Origin: Octopus vulgaris | Lineage: Eukaryota | Direction: 5' to 3' | Assembly (NCBI GenBank): GCA_951406725.2 | Contig: OX597817.1 | Span: forward strand, 85,932,001 to 85,996,000 | Length of the DNA: 64,000 nt | Part shown: piece after piece, positions 12,904 to 24,140 of the stretch | Numbering within the stretch: the stretch's first letter is position 1 | How the letters are laid out: the number at the start of each line of letters is the position of its first letter | The notes under the pieces: generated by a model | The model's database searches: none | Seen by the model: the letters and a program-made list of their open reading frames with translations, nothing else | Told to the model about the DNA's origin: nothing | Made by a program: the position numbers and the translations under genes

Positions 12904-14245
12904 CTATAGAGTGACCCCTGAACCTGCAAACCAGGTTTAATCCCTAGTTCATTTACAGTTTCTTACCATAGCGTTCTACAAAGGCAAAACTAAAAACTAG
13001 TTTTAATTCTTTCTACCTCTCTCACTCTCTTTCATTAAATCAATAATTGAATGTAATTTGTAATTTTAAGCACAGAAAACATGAAAAAAAGTTACATAAA
13101 GACATGAAGGTGACAACACTGGCCCAAGTCAGATTTTCATTGAAAAATATATTTAAAAAATTAATTTACACAGTTCAAACACAAAACAGTTTCATCTCTG
13201 ACTTCCACATGCAAAAATGTGATATTTTTGACAGCTAATTCTACTCTTTTTCTTTTTTTTCTTGAAGGACAAAGTCCACAAAATCATGAGTTACCAGTTT
13301 TGTCTCTTTTGTAAACTGAAATTCTTTCTCACCAAGGAGTTCTTCAGCCAGCATTTTAAGAAATTTTCATCTAGATTGAAGTTTTTGCATCTAGATCAAC
13401 ATGGAGAAGCTGGTTCAGCAAGATTCAATGTGTCAGAAGACCATATCTTGCACCAATATCCAATTTTCAACATTGTTTATACAGCTGGATGCCCATTCTA
13501 ATACCAAGCACTTTACAGAGTGTAATGAGTACATTTTATCATAACACCAATAATATAAAGATTGCCTTCCAGAATGGACAACAAGAAGGAATTGATGCAT
13601 AACTGGCTTTCTGTTTTTGTCTGCCAAATCTACTCAAGGTTTCAGTTAACCAGAGACTAGGGTAAAAGACAAATGTCTTCTGCTATAGTCCCACTTCTGC
13701 TAAATTGCTACAAATTAAGACTGAACCCAAAACCAAAAGACTGATTGGGAAGCAAACTTCTTAATCACACAGCCATGCCAATTTTATATTAATTTTGAAT
13801 GCTGGAAATGTTAATACAGGCTCATTATCAACTATGACCAGATTAACAGAGTTAATTTGTATCTTATTCAACAAAGTTGAACAAAAGTAATTTAATAAGT
13901 AAAAGCTGTTTACTGAAGAGTGAATTAAATCGCTGACATTTCATTTTAAAACCAATTATTTTAGGCTATCTCATTTTTTATATAATCCAGCAAGAAAAGG
14001 ATGAATAAGAGCTTATTTCCTGACACCCTGAGGAGGATATAGTACATTAAAAACTTAGAATCTGCAGCTTACTTAAGCCATAGGTTATTAGCTCATCAAA
14101 TACTGTTTTCACAAAAGGATTAATCCAAGAGCTTTTTGAAGTTGTAGTCAATTATACTTAGAGTTCCCTAACTGAAAGCACTGAAAAAGATAGTTTACAT
14201 ATGGTGGTAATTGTTTTGGTTAAGCACTGATCAAATCAAACTTAC

Positions 14246-14465
14246 AGCATGAATATAACCTATATCGTAGATAAGTGCAAGAAATTTTCTAAATGCTTCA
14301 ATATTCTTATATAGATTGGTGCTATTCTCTGAAACAATATTTTTATCTGGTTTTCTTGAACCACAATAACTCAACAATAACAACAGATAGGACCTGGTGG
14401 CTTGTGAGAAATAACCTATTTTTAAATATGAAGCAATATTTTTCAAAATGCCTGAAGTAAGCTTC
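14246..14465 (-). CDS. TERB1: TERB1-like exon 5 (open; last ARM repeat region)
   Basis: tttcacag|G KLTSGILKNIASYLKIGYFSQATRSYLLLLLSYCGSRKPDKNIVSENSTNLYKNIEAFRKFLALIYDIGYIHA|gtaag; 220 nt, phase 2 to 0. Confidence 0.75.
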
Positions 14466-14602
14466 CTGTGAAATAATTTAAGATCAGCAAATCCTGTTCA
14501 AAAAAAATTTTTTTTTTTTAATTCAACCAACATGAAATTAGCAAACATTTTACAATATATTCTTAGATTAGCAAATATCTTAAAATATATTGTAATTTAA
14601 TA

Positions 14603-15440
14603 TGTGGTCTGATCAACATGTTTCTGAACTGTTGCCATAGTAACAAAGCTAAAGCATGCTGAGTGAAGCTACTTGGCACAGATTGACCTTGAATTCTGCT
14701 GTGCATGTGCACTAAGTTTCAATGTTCTTGCTCACTTCTGCTGTTTACAGCAGTGTTTGGAAGGAACGTGTGTAGCGTGTGATTATCACATTGACCATGA
14801 CAGAGAAAACTGAGCAGAGAATCTGCATCAAATTTTGCCAAAAGCTTGGTGATACCTGCTCAGAGGCCTACGCAAAGTTGCAGAAAGTGTATGAGCCATA
14901 CACAAGTGTACGAGTGGTTCCAAGATAGCTGAAAAATGTTGATAGTGACAAACGTTCTAGGAAATCTACCAGCAGAACTGAGAAAAAGATCGCAAATGTG
15001 CATGCTGCTGTGAGGGGAAATCATCGAATCATCATCCATGTGTTATCAGAGGATGTGCAGATTAGTTATGGTTCACTTCAGTCCATTATCACTGAAGATT
15101 TGGGTATACAATGTGTGCCAAGTTTGTGTCAAAACTGCTGTCAGCTGATGAAAAAGACACTCGGGTTTCAGTTGCACAAGATCTCCTTGATTGTATTGAG
15201 AATTATGAAAACTTTTTGAAAACTGTCATAACAAGTGATGAATTGTGGGTCTATGGCTACGACCCAAAACAAAGGCTAAGTCTTTACAGTGGAAGACCCC
15301 CAACCTCTCCAAGACCAACGAAAACACGAACGAGTAAGACACTGTTGACTGTTTTCTTCTAATACAAGAGGATTGCTTATCATGAGTATGCTCTACCTGG
15401 TCAGACAGAAAACAAAGATTACTACAGTCATATTTTGTAA
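14603..15440 (+). mobile_element. Mariner relic (irritans-like), 3'-truncated
   Basis: MTEKTEQRICIKFCQKLGDTCSEAYAKLQKVY; CAKFVSKLL; KTVITSDELWVYGYDPK; KTLLTVFF; YHEYALPGQT; frameshifted, no 3' TIR. Confidence 0.85.
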
Positions 15441-15444
15441 CATC

Positions 15445-15830
15445 AGGCAACTGACTTGGTAGACACCCACAAGATTATCCACCATCTTTCAACAACAGCC
15501 TTGGATACCTCTTGAATTCAATAGGTCTAACACTTATGGACATGCTTAGAAAACAATACTGCACCTATGATTTCAGAAACAGCTTTTCATGCTCAGAATT
15601 GCTGAAATATTGAATAGACTATATGCAACAGCTGTTGGCTGTTGAGGTACTACATCCTTCAAAATTTCCATTCTTCCTGAAATTTGCCTATAGTGCACCT
15701 GATGCCCATTCCCTTTTTTTAAAGACTCATTCACTGTTCACTTCCTGTGCATTATTCTATATACTGTTCATGCATTTTTAGCTACTTTTTCTGCCGAGTT
15801 GTAGTGCACCTGACCACTGCATACAATAAG
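15445..15830 (+). mobile_element. LINE (CR1/L2-like) 3' end fragment
   Basis: Decayed RT C-terminal pattern LRKQY...FRNSFS...*NRL followed by a 3' tail gtagtgcacctgaccactgcatacaata. Confidence 0.5.
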
Positions 15831-16125
15831 TTGTAAATTAGCAAATGTTTTAAAATATATTGTAAATTAATAAACATTTAAAATTATATCATTAAATTAG
15901 CAAATATTTAAAAATATATTGTAAATTGGAAAATATTAAAAAGTATATTGTAAGTTGGAAAATATTAAAAAATATATTGGAAATTGGAAAATATTAAAAA
16001 ATATATTGGAAATTGGAAAATATTAAAAAATATATTGGAAATTGGAAAATATTAAAAAATATATTGTAAGTTGGAAAATATTAAAAAATATATTGTAAAT
16101 TAGCAAACATTCTATATATTGTAAA
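15830..16125. repeat. 29-bp minisatellite (aatattaaaaaatatattggaaattggaa), about 9-10 copies
   Basis: Directly visible tandem units; degenerate units of the same array also occur at 14535-14600. Confidence 0.9.
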
Positions 16126-17159
16126 CAATGTGTTTAACTTTGTCCGAATTGTGAAATATTGAAAAATGTGGGTCATTGTTAATTTTAAGTAATTTGAGAA
16201 TAAATAAGAACTATTCAAACCAATAGAGTGTTGGTGTCATTAAAACCCATGCACTCAGTATACTCTATAAAGTGGTTAGCAGTAGGAAGGGGATCCAGCC
16301 AAAGAAACCCTGCCAAATCAGACACTGATGCAGTCTTCCAATCTGTCAGATCTTGTTAAACTATCAAATTCATGCCAGCTTGGAAGACGAATGTTAAAAA
16401 CTGAATCTGATGATGTATATTGTTTTTAAGGTACACTTTTCCATGCTTGAATGGGTCAGTATGAATTCATGGAGGCATATTTTCTGTAGCTGGATGCCCA
16501 TCCTGTTACCAAGCAAGGTAATATTTTCCCATAGCAAGACAAATTTTCTTGGAAGATTGGAAATGAATAACACTCTTGTATGATGGCAACACTCATTTAC
16601 AACTATCATGTGAGGTCAAAACAAACACATGCACACATATAGGCTTCTTCAGTTTCTGTCAACCAAAGGTTTACCCAAGGTGCCATGCAATGGGACTGAA
16701 CTTGAAATCACATGATTAGAAGTAAACTTCTCAACCACAGCCATGCCGGTGCATATATCTGTATATAATAACACACACGCACACAGTAGTAAAACAAGTA
16801 AACAATTGGTCTCTTTTTATTTTTAATGACTTAAGCAATGTATATATCCCAGATATAAATAAAATTCAAGAAAATGAGCCATTTATAAAATTTATTCTTT
16901 TGAAATATTTACAAAACAAATCTGCATAAGAATGAATTGTAACCTTCTACAAAATCAATACCTGAAACATTCAATTTTCAAACCTAAATATCAAGATTAT
17001 TCAGGTGTCCTAATTAATAAAACTCTCCTCTCACACTCCTATGAACTTATCTATCCACACCTTCCCATACTCATGCCATATTCTCTCATATATTCATCTT
17101 GTACCTTGAGAATACACTCTGACATCTCATAACCAACAAGTTTATCTTCTTTCCAGCTA

Positions 17160-17520
17160 TTCCCACTACTCTTTTATTATGCCAGGTAACCATGCAGCTC
17201 TTCTACTGCACTGCCTGTTTCTCTATCATACTTTAGCCTCTCATAAAACCACCTCCAACTCTTCTACAACCCCACTCAAATGAGGGGAGGCTTCTTTCTT
17301 TTTTTTTTGTCTTGCAAGTTATTTGCCAACTTCACTAGTGCCAGTGTAACAAAAAAAAAAGCATCCAATACACTGTCGAGTGGACAGCATTAGATAAGGC
17401 ATCCAGCCATAGAAACCATGCCAAAGCAGGCATTGGAGCTCAAAGCAGTACTCCAGCTCATCAGATCCTGTCAAATTGTTCGACCTACACAAGCATGGAA
17501 GACAGATGTTAAATGATGAT
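17160..17520 (+). mobile_element. Abundant octopus-type SINE ending in (GAT)n
   Basis: gcatcca..ca..ctgt...tagaaaccatgccaaa...cctgtcaaa...catggaa..gatgatgat. Similar copies at ~4455-4805, 10229-10335, 11140-11340, 13470-13560, 16215-16395, 18130-18360, 42590-42745, 53620-53705, 62530-62760 and 63270-63625. Confidence 0.75.
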
Positions 17521-17574
17521 GGGTAATGATTTCAGAGAAGAGAAAGTAAGCCAAATTCTACACCTTGCACTCTA

Positions 17575-17740
17575 GGTGCAAGGCCCAAAATTTTCTACTC
17601 TAGGCATAAGGCCCAAAATTTTTGGGGAGGGGACCAGTCGATTAGATCAACCACAGTTTGCAACTGGTACTTAATTTATCGACCCCGAAAGGTTGAAAGA
17701 CAAAGTGTGAAATTTGAACTAAGAATGTAAAGACAGGTGA
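17575..17740 (-). mobile_element. SINE with a conserved central (Meta-like) domain
   Basis: actggtacttaatttatcgaccccgaaaggttgaaagacaaag...tttgaact; related copies at ~25690-25790, ~34160-34205 and ~41230-41370. Domain name is from memory. Confidence 0.65.
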
Positions 17741-18171
17741 AGTTTCTTTATATATATTATGAAGCATATTTTTAGAATTTCTATATACTGAGAATCTCCT
17801 TGAGAGGTGGTGATTAGCTTTAAACTTGTTTATTTATAGATGACCAGTTATCTATCCTTGCCAATTAAATGAACTAAGGTGGTGATATCAAACCCATTTG
17901 GTTTTGCAGGCTATACTGAAGCATAAACTAGATCTTGAATAGGAACAATTATTTCTAAAAACCTATTTCATAACGTAAGCCAAAGTAAATTAATAAAAGG
18001 GTCAACATACATTAAAACAGCTTCATTGACAATAAAGAAAGGAAATAATATTAAGCATTAGCAAAATTTGTGTGCAGAGACATGAGGGAAAACTTTACAC
18101 GGGTGGGGGAGAGTGTGTGTGTATATATCGTCCCATACATGCCAGCATGAAAGGTGGATATTAAATGATGA

Positions 18172-18206
<35 letters not shown>

Positions 18207-19271
18207 AATATATAAGTAGTTGATGTTAGGAAGGACATCCAACTATAGAAACAGAAAAAAAGCAAACAATGAAAGCTTGGCCCAGTCCTCTAGCCAACAG
18301 TTCCTGTCAAACCAAACAACCCATGCCAGCATGGAAAACAGGCATTAAACAATGATGATATATATACAAGTGCTTTTAAATAAGATTGAGATGAGATAAA
18401 AATTGTCCAAAGGAAGAAATAGAGTTCTTGAGAACTGTATTTGATAGAAAGCTTGCACATTTCAATGCAAAACCTTTTAACATAGTTCATATCACAAGAA
18501 TTCATTTGAAGGAATACATATGTAAATATAAGCAAAAAAAAAAATTCTATTTGGCTGAGCATATAGGTAAAGGCAATACATGTGACAACTTTAGTTCAAA
18601 AATTCATAAGCTTTTTTTTTATCTTGGTTGAAATAACAAGATTCCCTAAGGTACTCTGATTTGACTAATCCATACTGGTGTTAATCACAACTCTGGTCCA
18701 GCTAAACTCTGAACAAATGCTAGCAATATATATATATGTTTTACAGAATATTTTAAAATTCAAATAATAATAATTTTTTAATAAATATATAATAGAGCCA
18801 GGGATGGACTAAAACATTGTCTCAGGCCAGATCTAGCCTGCAGGCCAAATATATGAGACCCATAAACTAAATGAAAGACAAACATAAATGCTAGCATTAA
18901 AACTGAAGTCATGCTCCATACACTTTCTGTTGGTTCAATAACTTAACCACTCAGCCATCTTGCTTATAACAATAACATCTTGCAATAATAACAGTAACGT
19001 GAAGAGGAAGCAAAAGTAACAAGATGCATCTTAACAATGAAAAATGGGGCTGTGGATTAACTAAAATACAAGTAATTTGGAAAGAGACAAAGAATAACTA
19101 AAGAGAAGAGGTCAGTCAGACAACAAGCAGCATGATGAAGTAAGATTACAACATAAGCTTATAGTCTTTAGTGAGGGAAATGAATGATGGAGTGTCAGAT
19201 ATATCTAGCAAGCAATAGATGTGATTTGACAATATTCAATGCTAGAAGGATAAACAGAAAAGCATGTTTAA

Positions 19272-19862
19272 CCTTTTAGCATTGAGATTATTGTCAAATG
19301 TAATGTTTATTTCTTCACATTATTTTGAATTATGTATTATCTTGTAGCTTTCAGATTTTAATGATGTGACTGTTTATGCTTAGAAGGACAATATAGGGTA
19401 GGTGTGAGAGGCTGGATCTGGCCAGTTTGAACATAAAACAGGAAGAATATTTGGACCATTTAGCATTCAAATTACATTCAAATGTAAGGCTTATTTATTC
19501 ACATTGTTTTAAATTAATCATGCATTCTCTTACAGCTTCAAGATTTTAATGATATGATTGTTTGATTTTAGGATGACAATGTAGGGTAGGTGTGAGAGGG
19601 TGGATATTGCTGACTTAAACACAACACAGGTGGAATATTAGGACCAGATATGGCCAGTTTGAATGTAACATTTAAACCAACCATAGCTGGTCTCAATATT
19701 TTACCTGTTTTATGCTCAATTCAACCAGGTCTAGCCTCTGGCATCCACCTTACAATGTAATTCTAAAAATAATCATATCAAAACTTTGAAGCTACAAGAT
19801 AATGCATGAATGATTTAAAGCAATGTAAATACATTTAACAGAGTAACCTGAAAGCTTAAGGG
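19272..19862. mobile_element. Cluster of three piggyBac-derived MITEs (two tandem, the third inverted)
   Basis: TTAA at 19268-19271 and 19863-19866; ~200-bp unit at 19272-19457 and 19459-19670, reverse-complemented at 19670-19862; a single copy at 51101-51310. Confidence 0.8.
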
Positions 19863-21256
19863 TTAAAATGAAAGAATGAGGATGTAATCTGAAAGAAATG
19901 ACACACTTGAATTTAATAGCAATGATAACATAAAGAGACATGTAAATGACAGACTAATTAACAAAGGAAATTAATGAAATAAATGTTATATAGGCTACAT
20001 CAAGCATCTGAATGAAAAACAAGCCAGTTGAGCCAATAAGAGAGTCCCTATGCAATCACACGACCTACTAGAAATAACAACCAAATTGCCAACTATTTCT
20101 TTTAGTTAAATCAATCACAAGTTCAAAACTGAATACCTATTGCAGAATCTATTAAAGAACAGCAGAAGGAATTTGAAAGAGTTAAAATGTCTTAGGAGTT
20201 AAATAACTAAGACTTTGGTCTACCATTCAAAAATTTATATGCATGCACTAGTTACAGACCAAAACTCACCATCTTTTTATCAACAGAATGAACCCTGCTA
20301 AAACATTCAAGGACTAGGTAGTGGTGTTAAACAAGACAATAATTAAGTCTAACACCGGAAAATATATAAACTACAGGTTCAAGTAATCATTTACTGACCA
20401 AGGCTCATCATCTCTTAATCAAAAGACTGAAGCAAGATACACATGATCCAGAAAGGTAGTTTTATGCTATCACTCCATCTTCATATTGCTGTTAAGAATT
20501 CCTCAAACTTTTTCTTTTATTTTTCTTTATTTCAGTCATTAGACTGCAGTCATGCTGGAGCACTGCATTGAAGAGTTTTCAGTCAAATGAATCAATCCCA
20601 GTACATTTTTTAAACCTGGTATTTATTATACTGGTCTCTTTTACCGAACCAACACTGGTTGTCAAGTGGTGGTAGGAGACAAACACACACATGCACATAT
20701 AAATATATAGGATGGGCTTCTTTCAGTTTTAACATATGATTATTATCTTGCCATGGCATGAAGATAATATGTGTACTTCATGATAGATGTTCTGGTTCTG
20801 AGTAAGATTATTTATCGTGGACTTTAAACCAAGCAAAGAAACATTGTTTAATGTGCAGCAGCCAATTCAGAATTATATGAACATTACAAGTTCACATTAT
20901 TATTATCATTATTTGATTAGAAAGTGGATGATGCAGCTGTTAAGTTATCAATATATTAATTCAGCAACTTGGCCTAGATTCCTTCTTCATCCTATTACCA
21001 AAAAAAAAGATTAATGTTATAACTTACTAGTTTTTTTTTTTATATATCTTTTTACGTATTCCTAGAAATGTGTATTGTGAAGTACAGTTCTTTGATGGAA
21101 CTGTTGTTTAGAAATGACTTTTTGATTCACTCACTGGACTGTGACCATGCATCGCCTGATATGGATGATAGTGAATAAGAAGCAGGAAACATATTGAGTC
21201 ACTGTTGTGGTTATGTTCATAATCAAGATGTTTAGCTCTGAAATGACCCACTTCAC

Positions 21257-21388
21257 CTAGCTGTAAGTACTACAGAGTACAACAACTGGCTGTTCTGAGC
21301 AATTGCAGCACTGCAAACTGATAATTTGCAAATTCAACTCCTCCTGTAGGTCTAAACGTAATAGGAAAGCACTCCAGTGAAATCTTTC
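21257..21388 (-). pseudogene. TERB1: TERB1-like exon 4 carrying an apparent 1-nt frameshift
   Basis: tttttag|ERFHWSAFLLRLDLQEEL, then in a shifted frame ICKLSVCSAAIAQNSQLLYSVVLTA(R)|gtgaag. The exon is 132 nt, whereas joining phase 0 to phase 2 needs 131 nt. Confidence 0.55.
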
Positions 21389-21568
21389 CTAAAAATCACC
21401 AGATAAAGATCAGTTCTTCACCAATACCCCATAATCAAAAGGGTTACAGATATCTCTCATAATGCAATATAAATTTTTAAAAAGGTATATATTGTAGTAA
21501 CTCAGTCCTCTCCAAACCCTGTCTCTCTCTCTCTCTCTTGGCATCTGGACCACTGCCACCAACTAGAT

Positions 21569-21918
21569 CGGTGATTCCCAACCTGTGGTCTGCAAAAGTA
21601 GTACTGGGGGTCCATGAACTAAATTCAAAATTTTAGATATATATTAGGTTGGTGCATAATTATTGCAGCTTTTTTTCAATAAATTTTATTCAACAAAAAC
21701 ATCTTTAAATGATTATTCCGGAGCATATTCACCATCTACTTCAATTTCTGCTTGGCATTTTGTTTAAATTTTTTGTTGAATAAAATTTATTGAAAAAATA
21801 GCCACAATAATTATGCACCAACTTAATATATATACACACACATAAGGATAAGCATATTACAAGGGGTCCGTGGAAAAACTCTTAAATAAATTGGTAGTGA
21901 AAAGGTTGGGAACAACTG
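21569..21918. mobile_element. hAT MITE containing a nested mariner foldback MITE (21644-21826)
   Basis: Outer TIRs CGGTGATTCCCAACC / GGTTGGGAACAACTG with degenerate TSD aactagat/gaccagat. Inner TA-flanked element with TTAGGTTGGTGCA...TGCACCAACTTAA ends (Hsmar1/MADE1-like). Confidence 0.85.
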
Positions 21919-21949
21919 GACCAGATGTTCTACTCGCTACTGTCACAAG

Positions 21950-22160
21950 TAACAACCCTGACTTCACAAATCTGAGATGTTCATCTCTCTCGCAGTCTAC
22001 CATATCATCTGGTCTTAAATGAGAGGACCAATGTTACATAGTAACTTGTATTCTTGCTACATGACTGGACCATTTCAATTTCTTCCTTCTAATTACATCG
22101 TTAATGTTGTATATCCTATGAAGAACTTTCCTAATGCAAATACTTGTAAGCCAGATTTTT
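21950..22160 (-). mobile_element. RTE-like LINE fragment
   Basis: NINDVIRRKKLKWSSHVARI resembles the RTE ORF2 C-terminal motif I..I...RLRW.GHV.R. Confidence 0.6.
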
Positions 22161-22560
22161 CTAAGATTTTTTTTTTTTTTTTTAAACTTATTACTTTCCA
22201 TGACAGTATACCACATACAAATATTCTATATTTGTATAAATTTACTTTAACTAAGAAACGAAAAGGAATATAGTTTCTCCCTTTAGTTTAGCATGGCTGT
22301 AAATTCTTTTTCAGTGACAACCAAGATGAGCAAACAATGGACCTGTGGAACATCCTGGTGGTTTACCCAACTTATGCACTTGAACAGAGCTGACTTTACA
22401 TGAACACCAATAAGGATTCTACATAACCAGAGCTACCGCAGCACCTCTCTACCTCCTGAGAACTTCAAGTGAAACAATGTTCTTAATCTTATACTGAACA
22501 AGACTTTATTTTTTTCACAATGTTTAGAATAAGAATAATCTGCCAAAATTGCCTACTTAC

Positions 22561-22783
22561 AAGCTTCCCCTCAGCGCTAACCATTTGGATTGTTAATGCT
22601 CCAATGATGTGTTGACATAAACCTTTCCGACCTGGTGTACGTATGAAATCATTCATCTCTCCTACACTTCTACATTAAGAGTCTATTTGTTGTCACTTCT
22701 ATACAGTCTCTACAAAGATGCCACCACTTCACAATACACAACTTTGATATCTTGCACAGCTTCCATCAGAAGAATATGCAAAC
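22561..22783 (-). pseudogene. TERB1: TERB1-like exon 3 (5' half with stops; 3' 96 nt open from ATG 22656)
   Basis: cttgtag|LHILLMEAVQDIKVVYCEVVASL*RLYRSDNK*TLNVEV*, then in a shifted frame MNDFIRTPGRKGLCQHIIGALTIQMVSAEGKL|gtaagt (strong donor, phase 0). Confidence 0.6.
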
Positions 22784-23098
22784 CTACAAGTGGGAATTAG
22801 ACAAACTAATATTTCGAAAAGCACTGACACCTCAAAAATTTTTTTTTAATCGAAGCCCTGACACTGTTTCAACTGTTATATATTTCCTTCAAAAACCCAG
22901 AAAATATTTTCTTCCTAAACATCTGCTCTACCTTTGTTCAAATCAAACGATGTAGATCATTTTAAATTATCTATCTGCATTATTTGATTCGAACTGTGCG
23001 CACACGCACACAGTTTTAGACTGAATTCAGAAAAAAAAATGTCCCTCTAACAGAAGGGTAAATTATCAGCACTGCTACACTATCTCAATAAAACGAAC

Positions 23099-23299
23099 AT
23101 TAATTCCGTTGTCGTCTTCTGGCGGATCCTACAAAGGTTGCCGATTCAACATCTCTTTCGCATACGTCGATGGCCATTTCAAATCTTACAAGTGCTTTAC
23201 TCAATTATGATGTAACTTTTGTTCTATGCTAGAAGCAGTTGCACGCTGTATTCGATGTTGTCACATATCCATATGCAACATTACTCAAAGATGGGTGCA
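23099..23299 (-). pseudogene. TERB1: TERB1-like exon 2 (decayed; 3' boundary uncertain)
   Basis: Acceptor tataatttcag. Fragments APIFE*CCIWICDNIEYSVQLLLA* and KWPSTYAKEMLNRQPL*DPPEDDNG weakly resemble LFEDLTWFLSND..SVYVILVL and LWSSVCSTLCVCVNNPQNDENQ. Confidence 0.4.
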
Positions 23300-23735
23300 C
23301 TGAAATTATAATACAGCAACAACGTAGAGCATGGAACTGAGTGAAAGCTAATATGAATATGAATTTAGTAGAACATTGCTTCAGCTTTAATGGATCTTTT
23401 TTGTAAAAGCATAGACTTAAATCATTTTATTTTAGAATTAAATTATATTTGTTGTTTGCACGAAGCGGAACGATGCATTTAGACAATTTATAAATTATTT
23501 ATAGTCATGACCAATAAGAAAAAAAACGGAAACTGCTGCAAATAAAAATGAAAGAAAACGTATAACGTGTGACAATATAGGTGCTTCATACAAAATGAAT
23601 GGTAAAAAATGCTAATTGGAAATTCACTCCGAAACGGACAAGAACTTTCAAATGAATCTTCCTATTTTACAGCAAAAATAAAAATAAATAATTTACAAAA
23701 TTATGAACATTTGGTGCATTGCTTAACAAAATAAC

Positions 23736-24042
23736 CGTGCTATAGAAATGTAACGTTGTCTTCAACAGCATGCAGTGAACAAGGTAGCTTTTACCGATCT
23801 TTACAAGTCACTAAAGTGGTCGCTGGTCCTGCAAGAAATAGCAGCCAAATTTTTCAAACCACGCCCTACCTCAACAATGTAGTCGTAGAGATCCTAGAAA
23901 TATTGTACCTCAGGAGAAAGAAAAACGGAATGGTCACTGTTGGAACGCCTTTGAACATAGTTCAGTTCCATTAGGGTTTATCTAGAGTTAAACAACTGAC
24001 AGATAATTCCAAAACAGTTCACAGCGGCAACACGCAGTCCAT
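23736..24042 (-). pseudogene. TERB1: TERB1-like exon 1 (decayed ARM region)
   Basis: ATG at 24042 gives MDCVLPL*TVLELSVSCL; a shifted frame reads SPEVQYF*DLYDYIVEVGRGLKNLAAISCRTSDHFSDL*RSVKATLFT; the first frame resumes with HAVEDNV. Possible donor ACG|gttatt. Confidence 0.6.
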
Positions 24043-24140
24043 ACTGACGACAAATTATTTCTCACCATATACGACGTAATAGAAATTCTTCCACTCTTTA
24101 TAACGGAACTTTTTTAAAGATTCTACCAAACTATCGATAG
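24043..24140 (-). promoter_or_regulatory. Core promoter candidate of the TERB1-like gene (DRE palindrome, Inr-like TCAGT)
   Basis: Perfect CTATCGATAG (DRE, TATCGATA) at 24131-24140, ACGGAA at ~24103, and TCAGT on the minus strand at 24043-24047 directly before the ATG; inside a CpG-enriched zone at ~22.9-25.9 kb. Confidence 0.45.

Larger units (their letters stand above)
940..24042 (-). pseudogene. TERB1: TERB1 (CCDC79)-like gene, disabled by stops and frameshifts
   Basis: Colinear by-eye similarity to vertebrate TERB1 from memory: DYIVEVGRGLKNLAA..TSDH..KATLFT/AVEDNV ~ VYFREIGGLMFVKNLAKSSEH..EAALYTLGAIAEKNV; SAAIAQN ~ DACIADN; GILKNIASYLKIGYFSQATRSYLLLLLSYC ~ HIVSKLLALLLHESLDSGEKFSIMLTLGHC; ENSTNLYKN ~ ENQYDLFKN; distal NGV..WNNLL Myb-like remnant. 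In-frame stops in exons 1-3, a 1-nt frame discrepancy in exon 4, and a decayed last exon. Confidence 0.7.

Noticed and set aside
15830-16125. Possible CRISPR-like array
   Set aside because: Head-to-tail 29-bp units with no unique spacers in eukaryotic DNA; it is a minisatellite.
940-24042. Idea that A-to-I editing (UAG/UGA/UAA to Trp) rescues the TERB1-like stops
   Set aside because: Editing cannot repair the several frameshifts, and Trp does not fit most of the aligned positions.
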